Of a stretch of DNA of 64,000 nucleotides, positions 50,519 through 62,789 are shown in pieces (within the stretch, counting starts at the first letter, position 1; the number at the start of each line of letters is the position of its first letter). Under the pieces are notes generated by a model. It made no database searches and was not told the origin of the DNA. It worked only from the letters and a program-made list of their open reading frames with translations. This DNA is from Felis catus (lineage: Eukaryota), in assembly GCF_018350175.1 (NCBI RefSeq), contig NC_058368.1:223016001-223080000 (forward strand). Direction: 5' to 3'. A program made the translations under genes and the position numbers.

Positions 50519-51745
50519 AGATTTTTGTGAGCAGCATATAGGTGATTTTTTAAAAATTTTATCTGTTATGATGTGTTTTGACTTGAACTAACAGACATGC
50601 ACCATTAACCTGCAAAATAATCAGTGACGTTTGATGTATGTTTTATTGTACTATGTCCCATTTGTCTCATTGTTTTCCGTAACATTTTTTTCTCTTATTG
50701 CCTCCATTTGAAATCTGTTTCCCTTTAGCCTTTTAGTTTAGATCCTTTTTAGTAAAAGGTAGCCACCAGGAAAAAGAAAAAAAAGTTAAACTGGAGATTC
50801 TAAAATGAGTAACTGAATCTTTAGGATTAATATGAATAATCATTTGTACGAAAATGATGACCTCTTAAAACTACCTGTATTCAATGTCTTCCATGCTTTT
50901 TAATACTCTCTACATGTTAAACCCATAGGCATTATTATAACTCTATACAATTAAAATTCACTTATATTTTTGAATGTATTGTTTTTATGTCTGTATAGCT
51001 TTGTTTTCTTATGGTATACTTTTTTCTTGGGCTAAAGAAGCCCCCTTCTAGTTTACATAGTTTACATTAACATATGGCTAATTTTCTTCTGAAAAAAAAT
51101 CTATACTTCATTTCACAATTAATATTTGCGATGGGAATAAAAACCTAGGTTGACAGTCTATTTTCTTTGAGCATTTTAAGAATATTTTTGGTCTGTCTTT
51201 TTAGGGTTTTTTTTTTTAAATAACTTATTGTTCCTTTTGAAGAAACAGGACATTTCTGAATATTTTATATATATTTGCACATGTATATAAAATAGATTAT
51301 GTATATTTACATAAATCGAGGTGAATATAAATAAAGATAGGCCTACAGGAAGTTTTCTTTACATGAATACTTATCCTAAGGTTTTCAACTGTGTAGCACA
51401 GGTATAACTTGATGGCTTCCAAATTTGGGAGGGTTTTTAGCTGTTTTACTCTTCAATAATTGTTTCCCATTCTCCTTGCCTCTTGGATTCCAAAAAAAAT
51501 AAGATCCCCTTCTGAAATCACTCTTTTAAAAATTTTTACTCTTTTTGCTTTTGTTTTTCGGTCTATTTGTTTTCTGTTGTTTTATTTTTTCCAGTTCACT
51601 ATTACTCTCATTTCCAATCTGTCATTAAATAATCCAGTTGTTTATTTTGATTAGTTTTTTTTTTTTTTTGTTCTAGAATTTCCATGCAGTTATTTTATAT
51701 AGATGATAGTTTTCTGGTCAAATTCTGCATCCTTTCGGCCATTTT

Positions 51746-51969
51746 AATTTTTAATTTCTAATTTATCTTTAAAAGTTTATTTTGAGAGAGAGAGAGCATG
51801 AGCGTGAGCAGGGGAGGGGCAGGGAGAGAGAGAGAATCCCAAGAAGGCTCTGCCCTCACCGTCAGCAAGGTGCCCAACAGGAGACTGAATCCCACCAACA
51901 GTGAGCTCATGACCTGAGCCAGAAAACCAGGAATCAGTCACTTAACTGACTGAGACATCCAGGCATCCC
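51746..51969 (-). mobile_element. CAN-SINE (degenerate)
   Basis: SINE body; TSD ~CCTTTCNNCCATTTT. Confidence 0.87.
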
Positions 51970-52504
51970 TCCTTTCCACCATTTTTAAGCCCATTATTCA
52001 GCTGATTACAATCTGTTACTGTTAACTTCAATTTATCAGAGTTATATACAGATCTGTTTCTACCGCCTCTTTATTTTCTTGGAACTTTTGGGCGAAAAAA
52101 TCTAGAAGTCCTAGAAGTCATTAATATTTCTAGTGAAGATTTCTCACCCTACCCTTTAATTGGCCACTGGACCACAGACCTCAACTGTGATGCAGTCCGG
52201 TATGAACTGAGCTGATTCCAGCCTGGGTCCTCATCTTCTAATAATTTATATCTTATTTTGCTTGTTTCTAAGCTGCAGACCTCCAAGTCTCAACTGAGAG
52301 TGCAGAATATTTACTAGGTCCCTTCCTACTTAGAAAGCCCTGAATTTGTTTCCTTGGCACAGGGTGTAATGCTAAGAACACTGTCCTTTCTGTGCTCTCT
52401 TTTTTGCCTCTTAGGCTATCCTGCACAGTGGGACACTTGGGTAGATGTCACTAGGGCATTAGTTTTCTACCTGTTTAAACATTGGCCTCTTGACATATGT
52501 TTTT

Positions 52505-52683
52505 CTTTTTATTTTTTTTAAGCTTATATATTTGTATTGAGAGTGGGGTGGTGGGGGCAGGGTTGGGGGGGAGGGTAGAGAAAAAGCCCAAGAGTCAGAT
52601 GCAGCACTCCATCTCACAGTTTGTGAGATCATGACCTGAACTGTAATTCAAAACCAGATGCTTAACCGACTGAGCCACCTGCT
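52505..52683 (-). mobile_element. Partial/degenerate CAN-SINE
   Basis: GTGAGATCATGACCTGA...GCTTAACCGACTGAGCCACC. Confidence 0.8.
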
Positions 52684-52755
52684 CTCCTAAAGGATGGCCT
52701 CTTTAATCCTAGATGTTTTCACTGGTCTGAATGAACCCTCTGCCCCAGGAATTTA

Positions 52756-52756
52756 G

Positions 52757-52845
<89 letters not shown>
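52756..52845. repeat. Compound (TG)n(AG)n microsatellite
   Basis: Seen directly. Confidence 0.97.
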
Positions 52846-52848
<3 letters not shown>

Positions 52849-53044
52849 TCCCTTGCCCTGAAAACTTTTGAGACTTCACTAGCTTCTTAGCTCCTTCCCT
52901 ACTCTAGGTTTCCTAATCTCATGATCCACACCAAGAATCGGTAAGTGCCCTGAGGGGATCAAAGCAGTTTACTGTATCCTGGCTCACAAACAAATCCCTG
53001 GAATGTTGATTACCCAGGCAACTCTCAGATACTTTTAATCAGAT

Positions 53045-53047
<3 letters not shown>

Positions 53048-53080
<33 letters not shown>
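53048..53080. repeat. (GT)n microsatellite
   Basis: Seen directly. Confidence 0.95.
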
Positions 53081-53082
<2 letters not shown>

Positions 53083-53911
53083 CTATTTTCTTTAAGTTCC
53101 TCACCTCTTGTTGTAATTTGTATAAGAAAATTAGCAAGGTATAAAATACTAGTGTTTACTTGTCTGCATTTTGTGTAAAGAATTTGAGTTTAATGCAGTA
53201 TCACAAAACTGTATAGGTTAACATAATGTCAATATGATTAATGTGACTTCTAAACCAGTGAATCCCATGCTTCGTTCTTTTCCACATAATGCAGGAAGAA
53301 AACGTTCAGAAGATGCATGGTGGTGTTGATTACACAGCATTGTGAGTGTCCTTATGTCACTGATTTCCATACTAAAGCTTACCATTTTAACCATTTTTAT
53401 ATTCTATATTTTTGCCCCCAAAAGTGCAGATTTAAATCAAAAGTCAATAAATTAGATTTAAAATGATTTTTAAAAAAATATAGTGAATTTTATTTATGGG
53501 TTCTCCTACAGTTAATGTAATGTCAGCCACATGAATTCTTTAATACCTGTAAACATATTAAGTTCTTTTTTCCCCTTCAGTGTGCTATATCTTCATTTAC
53601 TGTATTTACTCATTTGGACTCTAAACTATTTTTAAAATGCTGTACTATGCATTGCAGAGGGCCATAAAAACAAACTATACCTTATTTGCCAAAATGTGGT
53701 AAGAAAAATAAAAATAAAAGGAACCTATTATAAATGCTTGAGGTGAGGAATCCCTGAAGGAGGTCTTGGGTGAGATAGGCCCTGAAAAATATACATAAGC
53801 ATTTGCACAATAATACAAAATGTTAATATGATTCAGAACAGTTTTATTTAATAGCATTTTAAAATGTGAATCATTTTATTAAGTGCTCAAACATTTAAAC
53901 ACATATTTACA

Positions 53912-54117
53912 GGGGCACCTGGGTGGCTCGGTCAATTGAACGTCTGACTTCAGCTCAGTTCATGATCTTGCAGTTTGTGAGTTCAAGCCCCACGTTGGGC
54001 TCTGTGCTGAAATTATAGAGCCTGGAGCCTGCTTCGATATCTGTGTTTCCCTCTCTCTGCCCCTCTACCACTCATGAGCGCTCACGTGCACTCTCCTTCT
54101 CAAAAATAAGCAATAAA
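53912..54117 (+). mobile_element. CAN-SINE
   Basis: SINE body; TSD ending TATTTACA. Confidence 0.93.
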
Positions 54118-56659
54118 AATATGTATTTACAGATCTATTATTAAATACAATTTTTTTTTCTCTTAGGACGTTCTGTTATCTCATAATTGTAGCCAAAATA
54201 CTGTAAGACTTTCCTCATTTATTGGTCAGGAATACTGCTGTGTAGTCCATTACTCTGGTTCAGCAAAATACAGATTCCAAAATCCGTAAAATAATGCGGG
54301 AACCAGCCTTTAAGTCCATTTCAAGGGAAGCATTTTCTATTCCACAATAGCAGTCTTCTGTACGATAAGATTCTATGATCCAAGGGCAGGTGGACCATAT
54401 GTTTTTCACTTACCTGAAAGGTGCCAGATACTCTGCGGTGCCCCCATTGAAATCATCCTCTGGTGTTTTGCACTGATGCAATACCTCATTTTGGAAGAAA
54501 AATGTGGTCACCTTAATGAAACCCCTTGACTATTTTAGTTAAGAGTGGTCAGCAGAAAGAATCGATAATCTCCTTATTCTATGGATCCAAAATTACATGA
54601 CGAGGCAGCAAAACACAGACTTTTCAGTTGACTATATCCTTTCCACTAATCACTGTTCGCTGTACCCCTGGCTATTCTTAATCTAGGGGTCTTTTGCTTA
54701 ATTTTTACTAAGATACTGTGATATGTGAATGTTATTTCTACTGAAAAGTTTATTTTTTTTAAGTATTGCCAATTCTCTTCACTTAAAAGCAATGTACAAA
54801 TCTTAAAAAATACAAAAGGAGGGATTATTATTGACTTACAAGACCATCTTTAAAAGATGAAACTAACACAACAGAGAACTACGTGATTTTAATAAATGAA
54901 TAAACTATCATTAGTCTGATAGCACAAGTAAGCTAACGATTATATGCTAAATATAGAGACCCAGAATTAATAAAAAAAGGAGACTAGTCAAACTTAAGCC
55001 CTTACTTAAAGTGCTTTGTACATATACAGTATAACTTAAAAAATTGTTGGTCTTCACATTTGTATTCAGATAATGATTCCTGAGTTATTGAGGATCATAA
55101 ATATCTTTCAGTTTTCTATTTTACAACTGTTTCCATAACAGATTCATGAGAAGCTCATCCATTTTTACTTTCTGTATGTCTTTTTGAAATTGCTTCCCTT
55201 AAACAATTTCAGATATTCATGTGTATCAATACACGGACAGTATTATATTTTATAATGCACCAAGAGTTTTTGCATCTACTCTCCAAAGACAAGTAATTTA
55301 ATAAACACAAATAGTTTTTCGAGATTTAAATGAAGTCCACTTACTTCTCTTTTTATCGCAAATCATTTTTCATGTTCGGTTATTTCCTGTTTTTATGTAT
55401 GCACCTTTCAAATTGTCACAGTATCACCAACATGTATAGTTGTTGTACCTAAGAACTGTATTCAATCTATTGACACATCAAATACTTTATATATTTCAAA
55501 GCATTTTTAGTCACCAGATACAAAACCTTTGGCACTATCAAGGTCACTTTATGGAAATATAAATAAGAACTTTGGAAATACAATCTCTTGATGATTAACT
55601 GCTCCAAGCCATGATGAAACGAATAACAAGTAATGTGGCAAAACTGAACTAATTTTTAAATGAAAACAAAGTATTTCATAGGCAGCAAAGTTTTATTAGC
55701 CTGAGCACTTATGATACAGCTAAAGATATTTGGACACTTCTCTGGTCTAAGGAAGTTTTATAATAACAATAAAAGTGCCATAATATAATAGAAGGCAAAG
55801 ATATACTTCTTTGTAAACTTGTGCCAAAATCCTGATAACTTTAAAAATAAGAACCATATGGAAATGAGAAACCTGGGGTTTTAATTTCTAATATTTTCTA
55901 TGCAAATAGTACTTATCCCAAGACTAATATAAAATATTTAAATCAGAATACAACAGTTACAAACTCAGTGCATTCATTTTCTGGTCATCTGCTATGTTGA
56001 TCTTGCAAAGCATCAAGACCATAAGATTATAAAAAAGAAATATTTATAGTTACTCAATTATTAGGATAAGAACCAAATTTGGAAGAAAATGTGTGAAATG
56101 ATTTTCTAAATCTTCCCATTATAATTACACTACAGAATCTTGCTATTTGCCATTAGACCATGTGATTAAGATATAGCTTGAAAAAAAGAGATTCAGGAAA
56201 GTCTAGAAAGAAAATTCAAAGGTTCTATTTTACAGGCCACTATGTTGTATTTTACACCGGAATGAAAACACACAAAAATTTAATGTTGATTTGGTTTTAG
56301 CTGACATATTCAGAATTAAATGATTATTCTGTGTCCATTAAACGATAGCTGCAAAATTTAAGATGAAAAAATAAGCATAATGGGTCGAAACTTGTATTTC
56401 ATAACATCTTTATACTCTTCAGAAATATATATTCTTAAAATATAAGTTTAGTTTCCCCCTGTCACCGTATTCTTATTTTTCAGAGCTACCCGAAAAAAAT
56501 AGCAATTTAAACTGGGTAATTTGTGAAGCATTTTTTGTTCAAAAGCTAAGAAGCGTGCTGAATCATATGCTAAATTTCTCAGTGTTGGATTCAAGACTCT
56601 TTTTTAGATCTTCTGAGTAAGCAATGAAGACTAGTGAGTCATGCAAGACTGAGATTAAA

Positions 56660-57460
56660 GACAATAGAACAGCTACTAGCTTTGTGATCATGAGCAAATT
56701 AACTCACCATTTGAGTTTGCTTTACTCATGTATAAAATTGGAATAATTCTATTTGTTAGCATGCTTTCAACTATAAGTTCTAGAAAAGCCAAATAATAAA
56801 GGCCTTAACAATAAGGAACTTCATTTACTTACAAAAGAAAGATTTGGGGGATGCTTCAGACTCCTGGCCTGAGCCAATCTGTATTCTGGCCCTGTTTTTC
56901 CCCTATTGTCTTGTCTGCACGTTCTTCCATATGTTGGCAGTGTCCATGAAGCCTGGGTTTCTTCATGGACAGAAGTTGCCTGCCAGAAACCTCTAAGACC
57001 AAATGCTCCTTTAGTAACATCGAGCAGGAAAGAAATAATCTGTATTCCTATGGTTTTCTCGTTAAGGTTGAGAAAATATTCCAAGAAATTTTTAGCAAAA
57101 GTGTCCTTGGATGTTATTGACCAGAACTGGGCCATATGACCATTCTGGAACCAATTATCAGAAAGGAATAGCATAACATTACATCCATCACTTATTTTTC
57201 TTTGTCAGTTTCAAATGGCTATTAGGGAGTCAAATGTTTTATATATTTTTTAAAATATATATATAATATATATAACTTTTATATAAAATATATTTCAAAA
57301 TGTATAGAATATATATAACTTTTATTAAGTTTATTATATACATAAAATATGTGTGTGTATATATATAATTTGATTTATCTCTCAGAATTATGTTAAGTGA
57401 AATAGCATTTGTAAATTATCGTGTGTAGCACCTGCCATAAAATAGGAGCTCAACACATTG
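56660..57460 (+). mobile_element. MIR relic split by an old MaLR LTR (MLT1J/K-like, ~56754-57180, minus)
   Basis: MIR core CTTTGTGATCATGAGCAAATTAACT...CTCATGTATAAAATTGGAATAAT resumes near 57385; intervening CCAGAACTGGGCCATATGACC is MLT1-like. Confidence 0.55.
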
Positions 57461-57788
57461 AATGTTACAAGGAATGAGAATAATAGTGGTGGTGGTGTCT
57501 CTCCAGTACTCCAATTTTCTATCTAATTGCTGGATTATTGTCAACTCTCTACTCTCTTTTAGTCTTATTTCCTTCCTTGACTCTATGCTAGGACAATCTG
57601 ATGATATCTATAACTTGGTCAAGTGCAGACTTCACAGAGTTACTGTGGCAGATTATGAGGAGGAAAGAATATTTGTATAGAATTAGGACACTTTGACTCT
57701 ATGGATTTTAGTGAAAAAGACTACCATCCCAGGTGGAGGAATCTGTTCTTCATTCCAAGGTATTAATCATCCCTAAGGACTTCACTTT

Positions 57789-58019
57789 CTTTTTCTTTTA
57801 TTTTTTTTAGTGTTTTTATTTATTTTTGTAGGAGAGAGAGAGAGAGACAGAGCATGAGCGGGGGAGGAGCAGAGAGAGAGCGAGACACAGAATTCGAAGC
57901 AGGCTCCAGGCTCTGAGCTGTCAGCACAGAGCCCGACGCGGGGCTTGAGCTCACAAACCGTGAGATCATGACCTGAGCCGAAGCGGGACGCTCAACCGAC
58001 TGAGCCACCCAGGCACCCC
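57789..58019 (-). mobile_element. CAN-SINE
   Basis: Complete body; TSD GACTTCACTTT. Confidence 0.95.
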
Positions 58020-58315
58020 ATGACTTCACTTTCTAGTTGCAGCTTAATCGACTCTTACATCTAGTCGTGATTTCTTTTCAGCAAATCTGTTTGTTCCTGT
58101 AAGTCACCACCTAAAACTGTAGCAGCCTCTAACTGGGCCATTCTGTCTCCAAGTGCCTATTTAAGCACCCACTGTAAATCTTTGTTTACTTAATGCATGC
58201 CATAGCCTTTTCTTCATTAATTGCTTTATAGCTAACTGTACTCTACATATAGGAAATCTATGAGGTATTTTTACATAATCGATTCAACTTTTTTACTGAA
58301 TACTGAGAAGGGAGG

Positions 58316-58740
58316 TTTATTAGTTTCTTCAAAGTACTGCAACAAAGCACCAAAAGTGTGTGGCTTAAAACAACAGACATCTATTGTCTTACATTTCTAG
58401 AGGCTCTCCATCTGAAAGCAAGGTACCCTTGGGGTTGGTTCCTTCTGAGGGCCATGAGGAGAATCTGTCCCATGCTTTTCTTTTAGCTTCTGGTAGCATC
58501 AGGCATTCTTTGCCTCAGAGATGGCGGTCTTCCTGTGTCTTCACTTAGTCTGTTTTATGTTATGTACCGCCTTGTCTCCAAATCCTTCCCCCTCCAAACT
58601 TTTTTTTAAATAAGACCACTAGTCAATTTGATTAAGGCCCACTTTAATGACCTAATTATAACTCAAATACCTGTCTAAAAATCTAAAAATCTTAATTCTT
58701 AGTAATATCAAATTCTGAGATACTGGAAGTTAGACTTGAA

Positions 58741-58741
<1 letters not shown>
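58316..58741 (-). mobile_element. MaLR LTR (MLT1B/C-like)
   Basis: TGGCTTAAAACAACAGA...GGTTGGTTCCTTCTGAGGGC...ATTCTGAGATACTGG; homologous to the LTRs at 9854 and 11735. Confidence 0.85.
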
Positions 58742-58774
<33 letters not shown>

Positions 58775-58795
58775 TGTGTGTCTCTCTCTCTTTAA

Positions 58796-59380
58796 TACCT
58801 TTTCTTTAAGAGTAAGTTTAGGTTCCCAGCAAAAATGAACAGAAAGTATAGAGATTTCTCAGATACCCCTGCCCCTCCCACTTGCATAATATTCCCAGCC
58901 AGCATGGCCCATTTGTTACAATGGATGAACCTATATGGACATATCAGTATCACTCAAAACTCACAGTTTAAATTTTTTTAACGTTTATTTATTTTTGAGA
59001 CAGAGAGAGACAGAGCATGAACGGGGGAGGGTCAGAGAGAGAGAGAGGGAGACACAGAATCTGAAACAGGCTCCAGGCTCTGAGCTGTCAGCACAGAGCC
59101 CGACACGGGGCTCAAACTCCCGGATCGCAAGATCATGACCTGAGCTGAAGTCGGCCGCTCAACCGACTGAGCCACCCAGGCACCTCTCAAAACTCACAGT
59201 TTATATTAGAGTTTACTGTTGGTGTACTTTTTATGGGTGTGGACAAAGTTGTAATGACATGTTTCTACCATTATAGTATCATATAGAACATTTCATTCTC
59301 ATGAACCAACTCTGTCAATACCTCGCTTTCATTTCAAAATCATCTGTGCTCTGCCTATTTGTTCCTCCTTCCCCCCAGAT
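58796..59380 (-). mobile_element. Old L1 (L1MA/L1MB-like) 3' end, interrupted by a SINE
   Basis: TTTAGGTTCCCAGCAAAAATGA...CATTTGTTACAATGGATGAACCTA. Confidence 0.75.
58971..59185 (-). mobile_element. CAN-SINE
   Basis: Perfect TSD CTCAAAACTCACAGTTTA at 58953-58970 and 59186-59203. Confidence 0.96.
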
Positions 59381-59384
59381 ACCT

Positions 59385-60455
59385 TTTTTGGTAAATTTTA
59401 ATTCCAGTATATTAGGTTCAGGTGTACAATATAGTGCTTCAACAATTCTATAAATACCTGAATGCTCATCACCATACGTATAGTCTTCATTCTCTTCATC
59501 TGTTTCACCCTCCCCTCTATCCACCCTCTAGTAACCTTCAGTTTGTTCTCTGTAGATAAGAATAGGTTTCTTGATTTGTCCCTTTCTTCGTCCATTTGTT
59601 TTCTTTTTTAAATTCGATATATGAATGAAATCATATATTTTTCATCTTTCTCTGACTTATTTTACTTAGTATTATACTCTCTAGCTCTGTGTCCATGCAA
59701 ATAGCAAGATTTCATTCTTTTTGGTGGCTGAGTAATATTCCACTATAAGTATATATGTATGTATGTATGTGTATATATGTATATATAGGTATGCACACAC
59801 ACACACACACACACACATCACATTTCTTTATCCAGTTATCTATCAGTGGACATTTGAAACTGGGCCACTTCTATAATTTGGCTATTAAAAAAATACTGCA
59901 GTAAATATAGCGGTGCAAACATGTTTTTGAATTAGTGTTTTCATATTCTTTGGGTAAATACCCATGATGGTATTACTGGATCATAGGATAGTTCTATTTT
60001 CAACGTTTTGAGAACTACATACCATTTTCCACAGTGTCTACACCAGTTTTCGTTCCCACCAACAGTACATGAAGGTTCCTTTTTCTTCACAGCCTCACCA
60101 ACACTTGTTTCCTGTGTTTTTGATTTTAGCCATTCTGGCAGGTGTGAGATATCCCACTCTCTCTGCCCCTCTCTTGCCTGTGCTCACTCATATTGTTTTT
60201 GACTTGCATTTCCTTGATCATTAGTGATGGTGAGCATCTTGTCATGTGTCTGTTGGCCATCTGGATTCCTTCTTTGGAGAAATGTCTATTGAGGTCCTCT
60301 GCCCAGCTTTTAATTATGTATCTATTTATTCCATTGAGTTATATAAGTTCTTTATAGATTTTGGGCACTAACTCCTTATTAGATATGCCATCTGTAAATA
60401 TCTTCTTCCATTCAGTAGATCATCTTTTAGTTTTGTTTATTGTTTCCTTTTCTGT
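59385..60455 (-). mobile_element. Carnivore L1 (L1_Carn-like) 3' ~1 kb
   Basis: Collinear with the 3' part of the full-length L1 but more diverged (TCTGACTTATTTTACTTAG, TTCCCACCAACAGT, GGAGAAATGTCTATT). Confidence 0.88.
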
Positions 60456-60817
60456 TCTCAATTATATCCTTTTTGAGGGATACAATTCAATTCCCACTGG
60501 GGGAAAATATTCAAATCAAGGACCAAAAAAAAAAAACTACTGAAATAATCTTGTAGTATACTATTTCATAGCAAAGGCTTGTGCAACTTGCAGAAATAGG
60601 TAGCAACATATAAAGAACTAGCATTAAATTTGAGGGGAAAAAGGGTTTTAGAAGCTGCTGAATATATTTCTTCTTCAAGTTAAACTCTATCCTTGAAAAA
60701 TTATGGTCAAAATATTTGTAATACCTATTTCAAATATGTTTTTCATATAAATTATGGAGCATTTAAGAATTTGAAAACAAAACCATCTTTATATGAAGGA
60801 TTTAGATCAGTTATTTT

Positions 60818-61016
60818 TTTTAGTATTTATTTTAGGGATAGATAATGAGTGATCATGGACAAGAGAGGGGCAGAGAGAGAGGGAGAAGAAGAATCCCAAG
60901 CAGGCTCCATACCAGCACTGAGCGCCATGCGGGGCTTGATCCCATGATGGTGAGATCATGACCTGAGCTGAAATCAAGGGTTGGTTGCTTAACCGACTGA
61001 GCCACCCAGGCATCCC
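60818..61016 (-). mobile_element. CAN-SINE (first of tandem pair)
   Basis: SINE body ending CCCAGGCATCCC. Confidence 0.92.
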
Positions 61017-61031
61017 TAAAGCAGTTATTTT

Positions 61032-61234
61032 TTTAATATTTTTTTATGTTTGAGAGAGAGAGAGAGAGACAAAGAGAGAGAGCGAGCATGGGACAGGCAC
61101 AGAGAGAGAGGGAGACAGAAGGTCTGAAGAGGGATCTGCCCTGACAACAGAGAGCTTGGCTGGAACTCAGAAACCATGAGATCATAACTTGAACCTAAGT
61201 CTGATGCTTAACAACTGAGCCATCCAAGTGCCCC
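61032..61234 (-). mobile_element. CAN-SINE (second of tandem pair)
   Basis: SINE body ending CCAAGTGCCCC. Confidence 0.9.
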
Positions 61235-61652
61235 ATGATCAGTTATTTTGTGTTTTGTTGAATTTGTGAATAACAGGAAGCCATTTTCCAAAATTATTGT
61301 GTTCACAGTGCAATGTGATTTATATGCTATTTGTTATCTTGGCAAAATATATTGTGTGTAGATAGTCCACCGGTTGATTGACTTCAATTATGTGTTTCCC
61401 AGAATGCTTTTTGATTCATGTGCCAGAGCTAGAACAAGTGAAATCTGAATGGCAAGCCTTCATCTATCTTTGTAAACAAAACAAACGAACAACAAAATAT
61501 CCAATAAGAAGCCTTTAATAGCACTAAATGACTTGAAAAATACTGACCCTACCTCAAATTACATATCTTAGGAAAACAATAACTAAATGTAGGTTAAGAT
61601 AAAAATCACTAATCTATGCCAAGACATGAAATGAGTGATTTATTAGATAATT

Positions 61653-61674
61653 AAAAAAAATAATCTTTATTTAT

Positions 61675-61716
<42 letters not shown>

Positions 61717-61874
61717 AGGGAAGAAACAGAGAGAGAAGGACACAGAAACCAAAGCAGGCTTCAAGCTCCGAGCTGTCAGCACAGAGCCTGACGCAGGGCT
61801 CGAACTCCCTAACCGTGAGACCATGACCTGAGCCGAAGTTGGATGCTTAACCCACTGAGCCACCCAGGCTCCCC
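61653..61874 (-). mobile_element. CAN-SINE
   Basis: TSD TGATTTATTAGAYAATT at 61636-61652 and 61875-61891. Confidence 0.95.
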
Positions 61875-62738
61875 TGATTTATTAGACAATTGGTTTTAAT
61901 TAGTAAATATTTACTGCCACCTATTCTACAGCAAATGCAGTTTTAATACTAGTAATAGAAAATTCCTCTTAAGAAATTCTGGCATGAAATAATAACATAA
62001 ATATATTTTAAATACAGTGCACACACTATCCGTGTGATCAATGTAATATTAAGGAAATGGATGTATTTGAGTCCTAGCAAAGAGAAGCAATCTGGTTTGC
62101 CTGAACTGACTTAGGGAAGGTTGAACAACTCTGGGTATTAAGTATGAATTATTGTCTGTTAATTTGCATGTTATTTATGTAGAAATAGTAGCATTTTTCT
62201 TTATTTTTTGATTCCTCTTTTACCCTCCCCTCCATTTTCTCCCCTCTTCTTTTTCTTTGTTTTCTATGAAATCTCCATTGAGTTTATAGCCCTGACTTGA
62301 ACAGTCTATTAGCTTTTTATTTTAGTCCAAAATGTATATTTAATATGCTTAAGACATATTACTTTTAAAAATTTTGAATACTGTACTGATAACCTGAACT
62401 AGGTGAAATTTCAGTGGGATCACTGCCCTCTTCCTGGCTTTGAAGAGTTCCTTTATAGCACTTGAGCCCATGTTGGTATCGCAGTTCCTAATGAGTTGTC
62501 TTCATGGGATTCTGCACACTACTACTAAGTCATTTTACTTCACATTTAATGACAGGGTGCTTTGATTATTCAGTGAAACAATATTTTAAATGCATTTTCA
62601 ACTTTGCTATTTTAAGGAAGTTCAAGGTAATAAAGCGAGCATAAGCGGCCTGAAGGCCAAATATTAGTAATGATCTATAGAAAGAAAAGGAATAAAAGCC
62701 ATGAGGCTGGGGGAGGTTTGAAGGCTGTGTATGATTGT

Positions 62739-62741
<3 letters not shown>

Positions 62742-62788
<47 letters not shown>

Positions 62789-62789
62789 T
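62742..62789. repeat. (GT)n microsatellite
   Basis: Seen directly. Confidence 0.96.
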
